The notes beneath the pieces are model-generated. The model was not told where the DNA came from and did not search any database. It was given only the letters and a program-made list of their open reading frames with translations. The position numbers were made by a program, and so were the translations under genes. A DNA stretch of 64,000 nt, from contig JBHGNT010000002.1 of NCBI GenBank assembly GCA_043228905.1, positions 14,508,001-14,572,000 of the forward strand, given 5' to 3'. Below, piece after piece: positions 50,319 through 63,297 of the stretch. Positions within the stretch are counted from its first letter, which is position 1. Each line of letters opens with the position of its first letter. This DNA comes from Azolla caroliniana (Eukaryota; Plantae; Polypodiophyta).

Positions 50319-53300
50319 TGTAAAAGAATACGTTGTACGGAAGCGTGTGAGTAAACACAGAGTACACAATTCGGAGGAATAAGACAATTCGGTAAAACAC
50401 AGAAAACGCAGAGATGGAGATAGAGATGGAGAGAGAGAGAGCAAACAACAGAAAACTCAGATTCAAAACAATGACACTATGTTCTGTGTGTACATACTTC
50501 ATGCTCAATGAGCACCTTATATACAAGCCCTAACAATCGGGCTGACACAAGTGCTGACAGTACTTGACACTCATAAATGAGCCGCTACACTTACTCCCAA
50601 AATTATTCCTTTCAAGGAATATCTTTCCAACGGCCTTTCGGTTTACGCACTGATACATCCAGGTTGTGCGTACTAACTGACGCGTCCAATTTACGCACTG
50701 GGTTACGTGCAATATTATGCACCCAATGTTGAGCTTGTCACTCAACACTCCCCCTCAAGCTCAACTTGAGGTTCCAGTTGCCCCACCGGATCTACGCTCC
50801 GGTTCCTTCTAGCTTCACACCTCGCTCGTGCTCCTCAACCCGTTTAATTCCGCATGCTTCGACCCTTCCGGTCAGCTTGTCAGCTTGTTCGGCCCTTCTC
50901 AGCTCCCTTGCCGTCGTGGTGTCGGCGCGTCCTTCACTACCCTTTTCTCTGCATGGCCTTCCATTGATTCGGCGTATCCGAATCGAACATTCCGATTGAA
51001 TCGAACACTTCCGATTCAATTCCACTCTCATCTGAATTGGCTTTCTCCAACTCGTCTCCTGTGTTTAGACCTTTGACTATATCAGACCACGTCTTATTCT
51101 TGGCCTTTACGCCCTTCTTGGTTGTATCTCCCCCTGATTTGGCTGTCCTCGGCTCATCCCTACGATTGCGGCCCTTGCTTTCTTCTTCGACTTCTTCAGC
51201 CGGTCTGAAATCAAATTCTTCATCCAATTCCTCATCACGGTCACTTCCGCCGTGATGGTCACCTCCGCTCCTTTCATGCTCTTGTTCCTGTTCATCTTCC
51301 TTTCTCCCCCTCAAGTTCGGCATGTCGAGGTGATGCAACCCTAGCTCATCGAGAAATGCCGCAACTTGTCGAGACCAAGAGGCTTGGTGAAGATGTCGGC
51401 TCACGCACTTCCGCCACTCGCGTCATGTATGCGTAATGGTGCGCCATGTACTCATTATACCCGTATCTCTTTACGAGGTTCTTGAGGCGGGTAGATCGGC
51501 GTAATTCGTGATTACCCAATTTCACGACCTTCTCGGTTACTGTTGACCTCTTCCGTGGAGGTTCTTTTTCAGTTTGCCCGTAGTCTGACTCTCTCCGATC
51601 TGACTCGGCGCTGCCGAAGTCGTATTCTGGCATTTTCTTCTTGCCTTTTTCCTTGCACGTAAGCCGTCTCCTCAGCTTCCTGCACGGGGAATGCACGGCC
51701 GAGTCTCCACTACTCGCCGTCTTATCATCTAGTTGGCCATCTCGGCCCAACCCCTCATTCGGTCTGCTTTGCTGAAATGAGATCAAACTCTCTCTCAGAG
51801 CTCCGATGTCCTTAGCATGTGGAGGCATTTCAGCCTCGCTAATTTCTTCTTCAGAAATCGGAATGGAGTCATGAGGTTCTGGAGGAGAAGGCAAGTACCA
51901 CGAAGTGGAATCGTCAAATACAACATTGCGGCTTACACGTACTTCCTTTGTTTGGGGGATATAGCACTTATACCCCTTTTGCTCGTCTGAATAGCTGACC
52001 AAGATACATTTCTCGGCCTTGGCATCTAGCTTCCTCCTCTTCTCCTTTGGCACGTGCACATACGCGATGTTGCCGAAAACCTCAAGTGTGCCAAGTTCGG
52101 CTTCTTCCCGAAATACAACTCATGTGGCGACACTACTCCATTAGCAGAAGTCCGATTATGTAGGTAGACAACCGTCTTTATGGCTTCAGCCCAATAGAAT
52201 TTCAGCATGTGCTTCTCTTCAAGCATTGCCCTGACCGCTTCTTCAATCGTCTGATTCTTCTGCTCGGCTACGCCGTTCTGCTCCGGCGTATATCTACACG
52301 AGAATTCGCGTCGAATTCCCTCCTTCTGTAGATAACTTGTGAACTGGTCAGAGAAGTACTCCTTCCCACCATCGTACCGTAGGCATTTGATCGTATTCCC
52401 CGTTTCCCTTTCCGTAAGGCTCTTCACCTTCAGGAAACATGTGAAGACTTTCCTCTTCTTCGCGATTGTGCATACCCACGTGTGCCGAGTGAAGTTGTCG
52501 ATGAAGGTTACAAAGTAACGGTTTCCACCGAGACTCACGTTTTGTGCCGGACCCCACACATTCGAATGGATCAAATCCAGCGGACTTCGACTACGATTAC
52601 GCTCATTGGGGAATGGAAGTTGGTGTTGTTTTCCCATCTGACAGGCTTCACAGACTTGGCCATTCCGGCCACGAAATTTCGGCAACCCGAAAACAATGTT
52701 CTTCGTCTGCATTTCACAAAGCCGTGGAAATTTACATGGCCGAACCGCTTGTGCCACAGGTCGATATCCGATTCGACCTTTTGTCCTTTCGCGTACAATG
52801 CGGTTCCGGCTTGATTAGTGTCGAGGATAAACATCCTCCCTTCACGGTGCCCTTGCGTGATCACTTTGCCTTCCTCTTCTATGAAGCAGCCGAGATCCGT
52901 GAATCGAACATGCATTCCCTGGTCGACGATCTGACCGACCAACACTAGGTTCTTCGTTATTGTCGGGACGTGCGTCACGTTCATGAGTTTCTCTTTCTGC
53001 CCAACGTGGCTGAGAGGAACTTCGCCGACATGTTTGATGGTATGCGGAGTGTCGTCTCCCGTTTCAACCACTCCTTGTGATTCTGGTTTCTCCAAGTACG
53101 AGAACCATTCCTCGTAACTTGTCATATGATTTGATGCTCCGGAATCAACATACCACACCTCGCTTGATTTTGAGGTGTTCACGACCATAGAATTTGCCTT
53201 ATGCTTCATTAAGAAGGCTGGGCCCGATTTGTTTCCGGCTCGTTTAGAGCCTTCTGCGTAGTGCAATCTCTGACGCCTCTCTGTGTCTCTTCGGCTCGAT

Positions 53301-54696
53301 CCGGCTTTGTCCGAATCGGCTCACTTTTTCCAGCACTCGCTCTCCTTGTGGCCTTTCTTGCCACAGTACCAGCAATCTGGCGTGGTCTTCTCTTGCCGTC
53401 TTCCGGCGCCGCCATGATTCCCCCTGCTAGCGGAGGGTTCGGAATTGCTTCCGGCATCTCTATTATGCCATACATTCTACTCTTTTCGGCCGCCTCCATT
53501 GCACGCCGATCTACCTCATCCACCATGACCACGGGGCCTATCATCCTCCGTGTAAAGCATCTTGCCATCGGCGTGGGCAGTCGTCGACGCACCCGCGTGG
53601 TTTTCTTCTACGAGCAACATTGACTGAAGCTCGAAAAACGAAGGCGTAATCTCCCTTGTGCAGACTGCCGTTCGGAAAGGTCCGAACTTTGACGCCAAGC
53701 CACCAAGACAAACCTGCACCATTTCATCTTCCTCGACGTTCACGTTGATGGAGGCGAGAGAGTCACAGATTTCTTTTATCTTGGTGGTGTAATCAACCAC
53801 TGACATATCTCTTTGTCGTACATTGCTGAGCTCCTATCTAAGTTGCAACCTTCTGGCTGTTGTGGTGGCGGTGAAAATCCATTTGAGATTCGCTCACGCG
53901 TCCTTTGGCGTCTTGGCATCCCGAGTATAGCTCAAAAGCTGATCACTCACACAGGACACGAAGCTATAGAACACTATGCTTGCCTCTTGTTCCCAAGCCG
54001 GATAGTCCCTGTGTGTCGAGTCGGGTGCCACATCGTTTGCTCCTTCGACATAACTCAAGTAGCCATGGCCAAGCAGGTACTGGTGTATCTTGTAAGACCA
54101 AGATGCCTAGTTGCTTCTGTCAAGCTTTTAAGTCGGAAGTGAGCTTCCCATTCCTTTGTCCATAGTACTGTCTTTTTCTTCTCCGAAAGCGAACAACTTA
54201 AACTCTGTTTTGTTGCAAGCTTTTCTTGTCGACTGTAGAGGACTTCAACCCTCGCGCTTTGATACCATGTAAAAGAATATGTTGTGCGGAAGCATGTGCG
54301 TAAACACAGAGTACACAATTCGGAGGAATAATACAATTCGGTAAAACACAGAAAACGCAGAGATGGAGATAGAGATGGAGAGAGAGAGAGCAGACAACAG
54401 AAAACTCAGATTCAAAATAATGACACTCTGTTCTGTGTGTACATACTTCGTGCTCATTGAGCACCTTATATACAAGCCCTGACAATCGGGCTGACACAAG
54501 TATTGACAGTACTTGACACTCATAAATGAGCCGCGACAATTACTCCCAAAATTATTCCTTTCAAGGAATATCTTTCCAACGGCCTTTCGGTTTACGCACC
54601 GATACGGCCAGGTTGTGCATACGAACTTACGCGTCCAGTTTACGCACTGGGTTACGTGGAGTATTACGCACCCAATGTTGAGCTTGTCACTCAACA
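50319..54696 (-). mobile_element. Copia I, RT/RH-deleted, inserted in the RT of H
   Basis: 429-bp LTRs 50319-50747 and 54268-54696. TSD GTCAG/GTTAG (1 mismatch). PBS 54256-54267. PPT 50748-50758. Gag-PR-IN pieces 51346-54165. Confidence 0.94.
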
Positions 54697-55382
54697 GTTA
54701 GTCCGATTCCTGCGTTCCGAATGGTCACTTTATTGACCGGCTGCAGGTCCTGAATGAAGCGCAACGTGCCGTTCTTCTTCGGCACAATAAACCACCGATT
54801 CGAATACGGGGCACTCGACGGCTCGAGGATGCCCATCTCTACCTTCTGCTTCAACAACTCCATCAACTTCGGGATGTGAGCTCTTGGTACCGAAATCCGC
54901 TTGAGATTCCACGACACATGCGGTATCATGAAAATCACCATTGGTTCCACGATCGTCGGGTCTACGCACCCAATCTCCTCTGGTGAGAATGCAAAGGCCT
55001 TCCCGTGCCTTCCGAGCATTCTCCGAAATTGCTCCTCCTCCGCCGGCGGTAAGAAGCCACCCCCACCGACCTTGAACTCCCATAGCGTTTTGTCAGTGAA
55101 CCAGTTTCCTATGCCGGCCGGATTCCGCAAACTTGGGTCCGATGCGACCCCTTTCATCTGTTCCTCGCTGCCCTCCGGTAAGGGTGCCGCGACTGGCCTC
55201 ACCTTCCGGTCCATAGTCTTGTACCTCATATCCACGCAGGCCGTTCGACCCAACTCGACCCTTTCCCCGATGTTGGCAATGACTTCATACATCTCCACCG
55301 AGTTAACTGGAATCACTTGGTCTTCATTGAGGCCTTCTTCGATCACTTTTCCCATTTCCCCAAGGGTGTCGTTGAAAGAGAC

Positions 55383-56331
55383 TGTTGTCGCGAAAATACG
55401 ACGAGGATACGTGGACTTGAGGCAGGACCCCGGGGCCTCCGACCAAAGGATATCTGATTCGTATGTTTATATTAAACAATTAATGGAAATAAGAAAGATT
55501 GACAAATTTCATTAACAAAGGAAAAGAAAGATTACAATTAATCCCAAGATTGGGATTACAAAAGTTTAGCTTATGGAGATTACTAGAATAATAGATTAGA
55601 AGAAACTAAATATGGATTCAATAGAAATTTAGGGTTTTTGGCTTTGATAAGAGATTTTATATTTTGAGAGATATGGCTTCTGTAGGGAAAATTAGGGTTT
55701 ATGAGAGATATGACTTCAATAAGAAAAGAGAGTTAGGAAGGAAAAAAAATAAAAATATGGAGAGAGGATGAGTTTAGGGAAAAAAATGGAATTTTATATG
55801 GAGTTCTCCGTCGATCATAGCCTTCAATGTTACTTTGCATGTCCACTTTTAGTTGCATGGCCTCTACTTTTAGTTGCATCCATTTTTAGTTCCATGACTT
55901 TTTCTTTTAGTTGCATGCGACCGTCCACATGACCTTTACCTTAGTTTTCTTTACTTTACTTTAATTAGCCACATGATAATATTGTCTATCCGTCTTGATC
56001 GTCGCCCATCCAATCTGTCCGGTCCGCGTCCAGCCTCGTCCGGTCGCCGGTTGTCGGATCCGCCCGGTTTCCGACACCATCCGATTGCTGATTTCGCCGG
56101 TTCCGGTTTGCTTTCCGGCCGATTCCAGTTTGCTTATCGACCGGTTTCGGTTTGGTTTCTGACCGCTTCCAATTTGGTTTCCGACTTACCGGCCGATTCC
56201 AAATTGATTTCCAGCCGATTCCGGTTCCATTAACGGCCGATTCCATTTTATTGTTAGCCGGTTTTTGGGAATTTGGCCACATTCATCCATCTAGACAAAG
56301 TGGCCACATTCATCCATCTGGAAATCACACA
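55383..56331. mobile_element. Unidentified ~950-bp LTR-like insertion in H
   Basis: TG...CA-like boundaries, AT-rich left half, internal repeats (TTTAGTTGCAT x~4; TGGCCACATTCATCCATCT x2). No TSD; it sits where H lacks the gag C-terminus and protease. Confidence 0.5.
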
Positions 56332-56664
56332 CCATTTGCGTCAGCATTTCCAGAGCCACTCCTCCGGATGGGCCTCTGACCACGCCGATCGAAGTCAAGC
56401 CTATCTCAAGCCAATCCCGGGTTTCCTCGAACTTCCTCGCCGGAATGGGTCTTGCCGTCGACAAACCCTCGTCGCCCCATTCAAGTTGTTTATTGAAACG
56501 GATGTAGACTCTTTTTACCACGTCCTAGTCGGTTGTCAGCCTGTCATCTATCTCCAGCAAGAGACCCACTTCCTCCCGGTCCCGCACGTCCACCGCTATG
56601 ACGAACAACAGGACACAGCTCGTGTCTAGCTCTGATCCCCTCATCTTCAACTCTGCTGCCTTGT

Positions 56665-56682
56665 TTCACGTCGTGTTCACCA
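56665..56682 (-). other. PBS of H (tRNA-Trp)
   Basis: Plus strand TTCACGTCGTGTTCACCA, 17/18 to the recalled tRNA-Trp 3' end; same AAGA spacer as G. Confidence 0.8.
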
Positions 56683-58058
56683 AAGATGTCGTGTTGTTAC
56701 GCTCTCGCGTAGGAAACTAAGGCAACACCGTAGGGGCCCTGGACCGAGGAATACCTGAAATAGAGGGAGGGGCAGGGCGAAACAATGGGCCAATGAATAC
56801 CGGCTACCAGCAAGTAGGTATGTAGTGCTCACCGGGTGAACGATCCTCGACTTGTGCCTGCCAGCTCAATGACTACCGCGACAACGTACGAAGAATGAAC
56901 GGTAACACACTCTCATTTGATTTCGCGCCAACAATGGACCGAGACACACACACAAATACGCAGAGGACTCACAAACAAGGAATTGATTGAGACAACTAGG
57001 CGAATACAATGCTCTTCGAGATTACAACCGGCAAGCCGGTGAGCGACCACACGCAAACACCCACACACATAGAGCATGCAGTGGAGCCCCTGCTGAAACG
57101 CACGGGCTTCTCCCTCGAGCAAAGGCAACCGACCAAAACCTGCAGAGCTCAACGATGGAAAACAAGAAGAGTGCTCAGCTCCCAATCCGACAACACTTCG
57201 TCCTCCCAAAAATGCGATACTTGTTTCTTCGGACTGCGTTACACATCGATTTCCTAGCTAATAAATGTGTACTACCTAGTATATTTACATCAGCCGACCT
57301 ATTCCTAATTATGTACAACTTATCAATACTTGTGCCCGCATGTAAGGGATGGTTCATGCACCTTTTACAATGATTCCGCGTAAGGCCGGTTTTCTCCACG
57401 ACAACGGGAGAGCAGAAACTTCACTATACAGTGGATGTACAAGGCAGAGATTACAACACTCTGATTATGATTGTACCACCCACACAGGGTTTTTGGCATC
57501 TACTGTTACACACACAACTATGGCGCCTCTCTCTCTCTCTCTCTCTCTCTACTCGCGTCTCTCTTACGCACACTTCTATTGTCGTCAACATTACTATGTT
57601 TGCCCTACATGTATATATATATTGATACATCGTGTGGACTATTTACAATTGTAGCCACTACTACATATCAGTACTATTATTATTACTATAATAATAATAA
57701 TAATAATCTGTTTAAATAATCGACTCTCTGTTGTCGACTCTTCAACTATCGGCTATTTCCGAACAGTCGGTTCCTTCGACTCTTCGACTGTTGGCTACTT
57801 CCAAACAGTCGGTTCCTCCCATTGGAAGGACATATCCCCAACAAACTCCCCCTTCATTCTTGTGGGAGGGAGTTAGTCAATCCTGTCTTCTATCAACAGA
57901 CTCTAAGTCCGTCCATAGGTAGGTTCTTTGTGAGCATGTCGGATCCATTGTTATCCGTGTGGATCTTCACAAGTGTAAACTCTCCTTCTTCAACTTTCTC
58001 CCACAGCCAGTGATACCTTCTCTATATGTGCTTGGTCCGCGAGTGATATGCAACATTC

Positions 58059-61000
58059 TGTTAAACACAGTGCTCGGCTACAACCGAGGAATAGGATCAA
58101 CTCACAGAAAACAGGAAATACAAAATGCACGAAGACAATAGAGAGAAGAGTACACAAGATGTTTTACGTGGAAAACCCTAAATGGGAAAAACCACGGGAG
58201 TCCTCAAACTCCAACTATCACTATAAACAGAGATGTACAATGGTGAAGCTACAAGGCAACAACCTTGAGCTCACTGTCTTCGCCACAGGCGGCGGTAATA
58301 CACAGAGGCAACGACCTCTTCGTCCCTCTCTCTCTCTCTCTCTCTCTCTCGGCTGCTCACTTAGCTCCCTCTAAGTGGAAAACCAGAAAAATGAGTAACA
58401 GCTCCAAAACTGTTTGCCCTAAGTCATATTTATACACATATGACTTTCGGGCTATTTACAAATATAGCCTCAAGGGCCCTTGGCAAACATATTCACAAAT
58501 ATGTCCCCGCATCCGGATCTCTCTCCGGGTACATTCGTCATCCGGCTCCGTAGCCGGGGTCTTCATCATCGATTCCCGTACATCCGACCATCCCATCCGG
58601 AGGGACCGTAATCCCAACGAACTCCCCCTTCACTTCGGCATGGGATGTCTTTCCAGTCCGATCCTCTTCCGGCACGCTTCCAGCCTGTCGGGTGTGAGCA
58701 CTTTGGTCAGCATATCTGACCCGTTCTCGTCCGTGTGGATCTTCGTCAGCACGAACTCCTGGTCTTCTATCCTTTCCCGGATCCAGTGATATCTTCGCTG
58801 GATGTGCTTCGTCCGGGAGTGATAGGCCGCGTTCTTCGCAAGGTGGATGGCACTCTGACTGTCGCAGTAGAGTCGGTACTCCTCCTGCCGGATACCGAGC
58901 TCTCAAATGAAGTCCCTCATCCATATTATTTCCTTGCCGGCTTCAACAGCCGCCATGTACTCCGCCTCCGTGGTTGACAACGCAACCGTCTTCTGCAGCC
59001 TCGACTGCCACGAAACAGCTCCCCCTGCATACGTCATCACATACCCTGATGTGGACCGGTTGGTATCTGCATCAGCCGACATATCCGAATCGGTAAAGCC
59101 GTCGAGTTCGGGCTTACCGGAGCCGAATCGGAGGCACACGTTTGCCGTGCCCTTCAGGTATCGGAGTATCCACTTGGCCGCGTTCCAGTGCTCTTTGCCG
59201 GGATTGCTCATGTACCGGCTCACCACTCCGACTGCATATCCTATGTCCGGTCTTGTACACACCATTGCGTACATCAAGCTTCCGACGGCAGAGGCATATG
59301 GTACTTTCATCATGTCCTCCTTCTCAGCCTTTGTCTTGGGGCTTTGCTTGCTGGACAACTTGCAGTTTGCCGGGAGGGTTGACCCGACCGGTCTTGCTTC
59401 CGACATGTTGAACCGTTGAAGCACCTTTGTCACGTACTTCTCCTGTGACAACCACAACTGCTTCTTCCTCCGGTCCCGGATGATGTGCATCCCTAATATT
59501 TGCCTCGCCAGACCCAAGTCCTTCATTGAGAAGGTTCGGTGAAGAGCCTTCTTCAGCATCCGTATCTTGACCTGGTCCCGTCCGACGATCAACATGTCGT
59601 CCACGTACAGGAGGAGTATTAGAAAGTCTCCTCCTTCGAACTTCTTTACAAATACGCAGTGATCAGCCTGCGTTTTGTGGTACCCTTCGTCGGTCATGAA
59701 AGAGTCGAACTTCCGGTACCATTGCCGGGGAGCCTGCTTCAGTCTGTAAAGGCTCTTCTTCAACCGGCATACCAGGTGCTCCTTCCCTTTCTTCTCGAAT
59801 CCTTCCGGTTGCTGCATGTAGATCTCTTCTTCGAGGTCACCGTGAAGGAATGCCGTCTTCACGTCCATCTGTTCTACCTCGAGGTCCATGCTTGCCGCTA
59901 TGCTCAGCACCGTCCGGATGGAGGTCATCTTCACTACCGGGGCAAATATCTCGTCGAAGTCGACGCCCTTCTTCTGCTGGAACCCCTTCACCACGATCCT
60001 GGCTTTGTATCTCGGGGGGTTGCCGGCATCTCCCGGTTTCAGCTTGAACACCCACTTGTTTCGAAGTGCCCGTTTTCCTTTCGGCAACTCCACAAGTTCA
60101 TATGTGTGGTTCTCATGCAGGGAATCCATCTCGTCCTGCATGGCACTCAACCACTTGCGGCTCTGGGTGTCATGCTTTGCTTCTTCAAAGCTCTCCGGCT
60201 CCCCCTCATCGGTCAGCAGCACATGCTTTGGTTCCGGAAATCTCCGGGGGGCCCTTCTCTCTCTTAGAGGATATCTCCGTTCCGGAGCTTCGGTAACCGG
60301 CTCCTCTGTTTCCTCTTCATCCGAATCCATTTCGGGATCGGGGCCGGTTCCGGTATCAGTTTCATCTTCCTCGGCCGGTTCTGTTTCTTCACCGTCTTCG
60401 GCCGGATCCTCGAGTGCTAACCGGTCCCTTCCCGGTCGGGACTGCTCCTCGTAGAGTTGATCCTCACCGGTCGACTTGGAGCTCTTCATCTTCTTCTCCT
60501 ACTCCCAGTCGGCGAGTGTCTTGTCCTCCATGAAGATGATATCACGACTCCGGAATATCTTTTTGTCGACCGGGTCCCATACTCGGTAGCCGAACTCGTC
60601 ATCGCCGTAACCGAGGAATATGCATGGCCGGGTCTTTGGATCTAGCTTTCCTCTCCGGTCCTTTGCCACATGCACATATGCGAGACACCCGAACACCTTC
60701 AGATGCGGGTAGGATACTTCCCTACCAGTCCACACTCTCTGCGGCGTGTCTCCGTCCAAAGGTACTGAGGGTGATCGGTTTATCACGTATGTTGCCGTCG
60801 ACATTGCCTCAGCCCAAAACCCCTTGGGTAATTTCGCATGCGCCAGCATACTCCGGACCCTCTCCATTATGGTCCGGTTCATCCTCTCGGCCAACCCGTT
60901 CAGTTCCGGCGTCTTCGGCACAGTAAACTCGAGCCGGATTCCCTTCGAGTGACAGTACTCCTCGAACTGCCCCCGGTATTCCCCTCCGTTATCCGCTGGT

Positions 61001-63297
61001 ATCGCTTTCAGCTTCTTCCCGGATTCCCTTTCCACTCTCGCGTGGAGTTCTTTGAAGACGCACAACACTTGGTCCTTTGTCTTCAACGGTGCCGTCCACA
61101 GCTTCCGGCTGTGGTCATCAATGAATGTCACGAAGTACTGGGCTCCGCCATGTGACTTCGTTTCTACTTGACACACGTCAGTGTGCACCAACTCCAATGG
61201 TGCGCTACGTCTCATCGGTGGCCTTGAGTGGAAGGAGGTTCGGTTCTGCTTACCGGCCAGGCAATCGGTGCACTTCTCCAGGTGCACATGCTTCACTGGA
61301 ATAAGGTTGTCTTCTGCAAGCCTCTTCATCCCCTTCTCACTCATGTGGCACAGTCTCTTGTGCCACAGCTCACCGGCAGTGTCGGCTGCCACGTTCAACT
61401 CCTCCGGACATAGCCGGGAATTCATCAGGTACAGTGTGTTGACCTTCCGGGCCCGAGCCACTATCAGGCTCCCTTTGCTGAACTTCATGACACCGTTCCA
61501 GATGCTACCCGTGTAGCCTTCATCGTCTAGCCTCCCGGCCGAAATCAGGTTCAATCGAACCTCCGGAACGTGTCGGACATCCTTCAGCAGCATCTTGCAT
61601 CCGGTTGATGTCATCAGCCACACGTCTCCTATGCCGGAAATCCGGCATGTACCTTCATTTCCCATCCGGACACAGCCGTGCTCACCGGCTGTGTAGGATG
61701 AGAAGTATTTCTTCTCCGGGGTCAGGTGGAACGACGCTCCGGAATCAACCACCCAGGTCATCTCTTCACCGGCAAGGTTCAGCTCCCTCTCTTCGGTAAT
61801 GAGCATTATCTCTTCTTCACTTGCCGCGAGTGCCGTCGTTCCTTTCCGGTCCTGCCCTCGCCGATCCGGACCTCTCCGGTCCGTGGCTCCCCGGTATGCA
61901 CCGTTTCGCTCCGGTGACTTCTTCGAATCGGTACCGTCGGTTCCGTTGTCTTTCCGGAAATGCCGACAGTTCTTCTGGAAGTGCCCCGGCTTCCCACAGT
62001 AGAAGCATGTAGGTCTTCCCCTCGACTGCGACCGTGTCCCCGACTTCTCCCGTCTTTGCGGACTCCGGTTCCGTTGTCTTCCCCGTTCCGATTCGGTAAG
62101 CAGCGCCTTCGAGTCGGAGGCCGGTTCTTTATCTCTCCGAAGCGCTTCTTCATTTAGAATACTTGTCTTTACCGTTAGTAAAGACAAGTTCTCTTCCTTA
62201 CAGGAGGTGCTGAGAGTAACTACCAAGTTCTCCCAGCTCTCCGGAAGGGTACACATCAGCATGATGGCTTGCATTGCGTCATCCAACGAGAACTTGATCG
62301 CCGCAAGCTGGTTCACGAATCCCATGAACGTGCTGACGTGTTCGACCATGCTCTCGCCGTCCCGGTACTTAAGATTCACTATCTTCCTCATCAGGGAGGT
62401 CCGGGTCAGAGCATTCTTCCTCTCATACAGTCCGGACAGCTTCTGCCACATCTCATAGGCGTTCGTATCGTTCGCCACATGTTGCAGAACACTTACATCG
62501 ACATATTGCCGGATCGTCGCTACGGCTTTCCGGTTCAGGAGCTTCCACTCCGACTCTATTACGCCCTTGGGTATCTCGGCATTGTCGATCGGTTCGTACA
62601 GGTCTCGGACAATGAGAAGGTCTTCCATCTTTATCTTCCAGTCGGCGTAGTTCTGTGAGTTCAACACCATCATGCCCGGAGGCCCACTACCGCCGCCTTC
62701 CATTTTCTGTGTTAACCTCGCTCTGATACCACTTTGTTAAACACAGTGCTCGGCTACAACCGAGGAATAGGATCAACTCACAGAAAACAGGAAATACAAA
62801 ATGCACGAAGACAATAGAGAGAAGAGTACACAGGATGTTTTACGTGGAAAACCCTAAATGGGAAAAACCACGGGAGTCCTCAAACTCCAACTATCACTAT
62901 AAACAGAGATGTACAATGGTGAAGCTACAAGGCAACAACCTTGAGCTCACTGTCTTCGCCACAGGCGGCGGTAATACACAGAGGCAACGACCTCTTCGTC
63001 CCTCTCTCTCTCTCTCTCTCTCTCTCTCGGCTGCTCACTTAGCTCCCTCTAAGTGGAAAACCAGAAAAATGAGTAACAGCTCCAAAACTGTTTGCCCTAA
63101 GTCATATTTATACACATATGACTTTCGGGCTATTTACAAATATAGCCTCAAGGGCCCTTGGCAAACATATTCACAAATATGTCCCCGCATCCGGATCTCT
63201 CTCCGGGTACATTCGTCATCCGGCTCCGTAGCCGGGGTCTTCATCATCGATTCCCGTACATCCGACCATCCCATCCGGAGGGACCGTAATCCCAACA
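58059..63297 (-). mobile_element. Young full-length copia E (same family as D)
   Basis: Near-identical LTRs 58059-58619 and 62735-63297. TSD CATTC at 58054-58058 and 63298-63302. PBS 62720-62731. PPT 58621-58631. Confidence 0.97.
58630..62703 (-). pseudogene. Copia gag-pol of E with premature stops at 60499 and 58903
   Basis: ORFs 60499-62703 and 58903-60489 are collinear with the D polyprotein. Confidence 0.94.

Larger units (their letters stand above)
46915..57403 (-). mobile_element. Gypsy H (pol-bearing; gag/PR largely deleted); contains copia I and a ~950-bp insertion
   Basis: LTRs 46915-47708 and 56687-57403. PPT 47709-47720. Trp PBS 56665-56682. Gag remnant ~56332-56640, RT 54697-55355 + 49785-50318, RH 49164-49778, IN 47762-49102. 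Confidence 0.92.

Noticed and set aside
51397-51410. RT-RH loss in I explained by splicing
   Set aside because: The GTGAG donor-like sequence is retained at the junction and the deleted segment is not GT-AG bounded; microhomology fits better.
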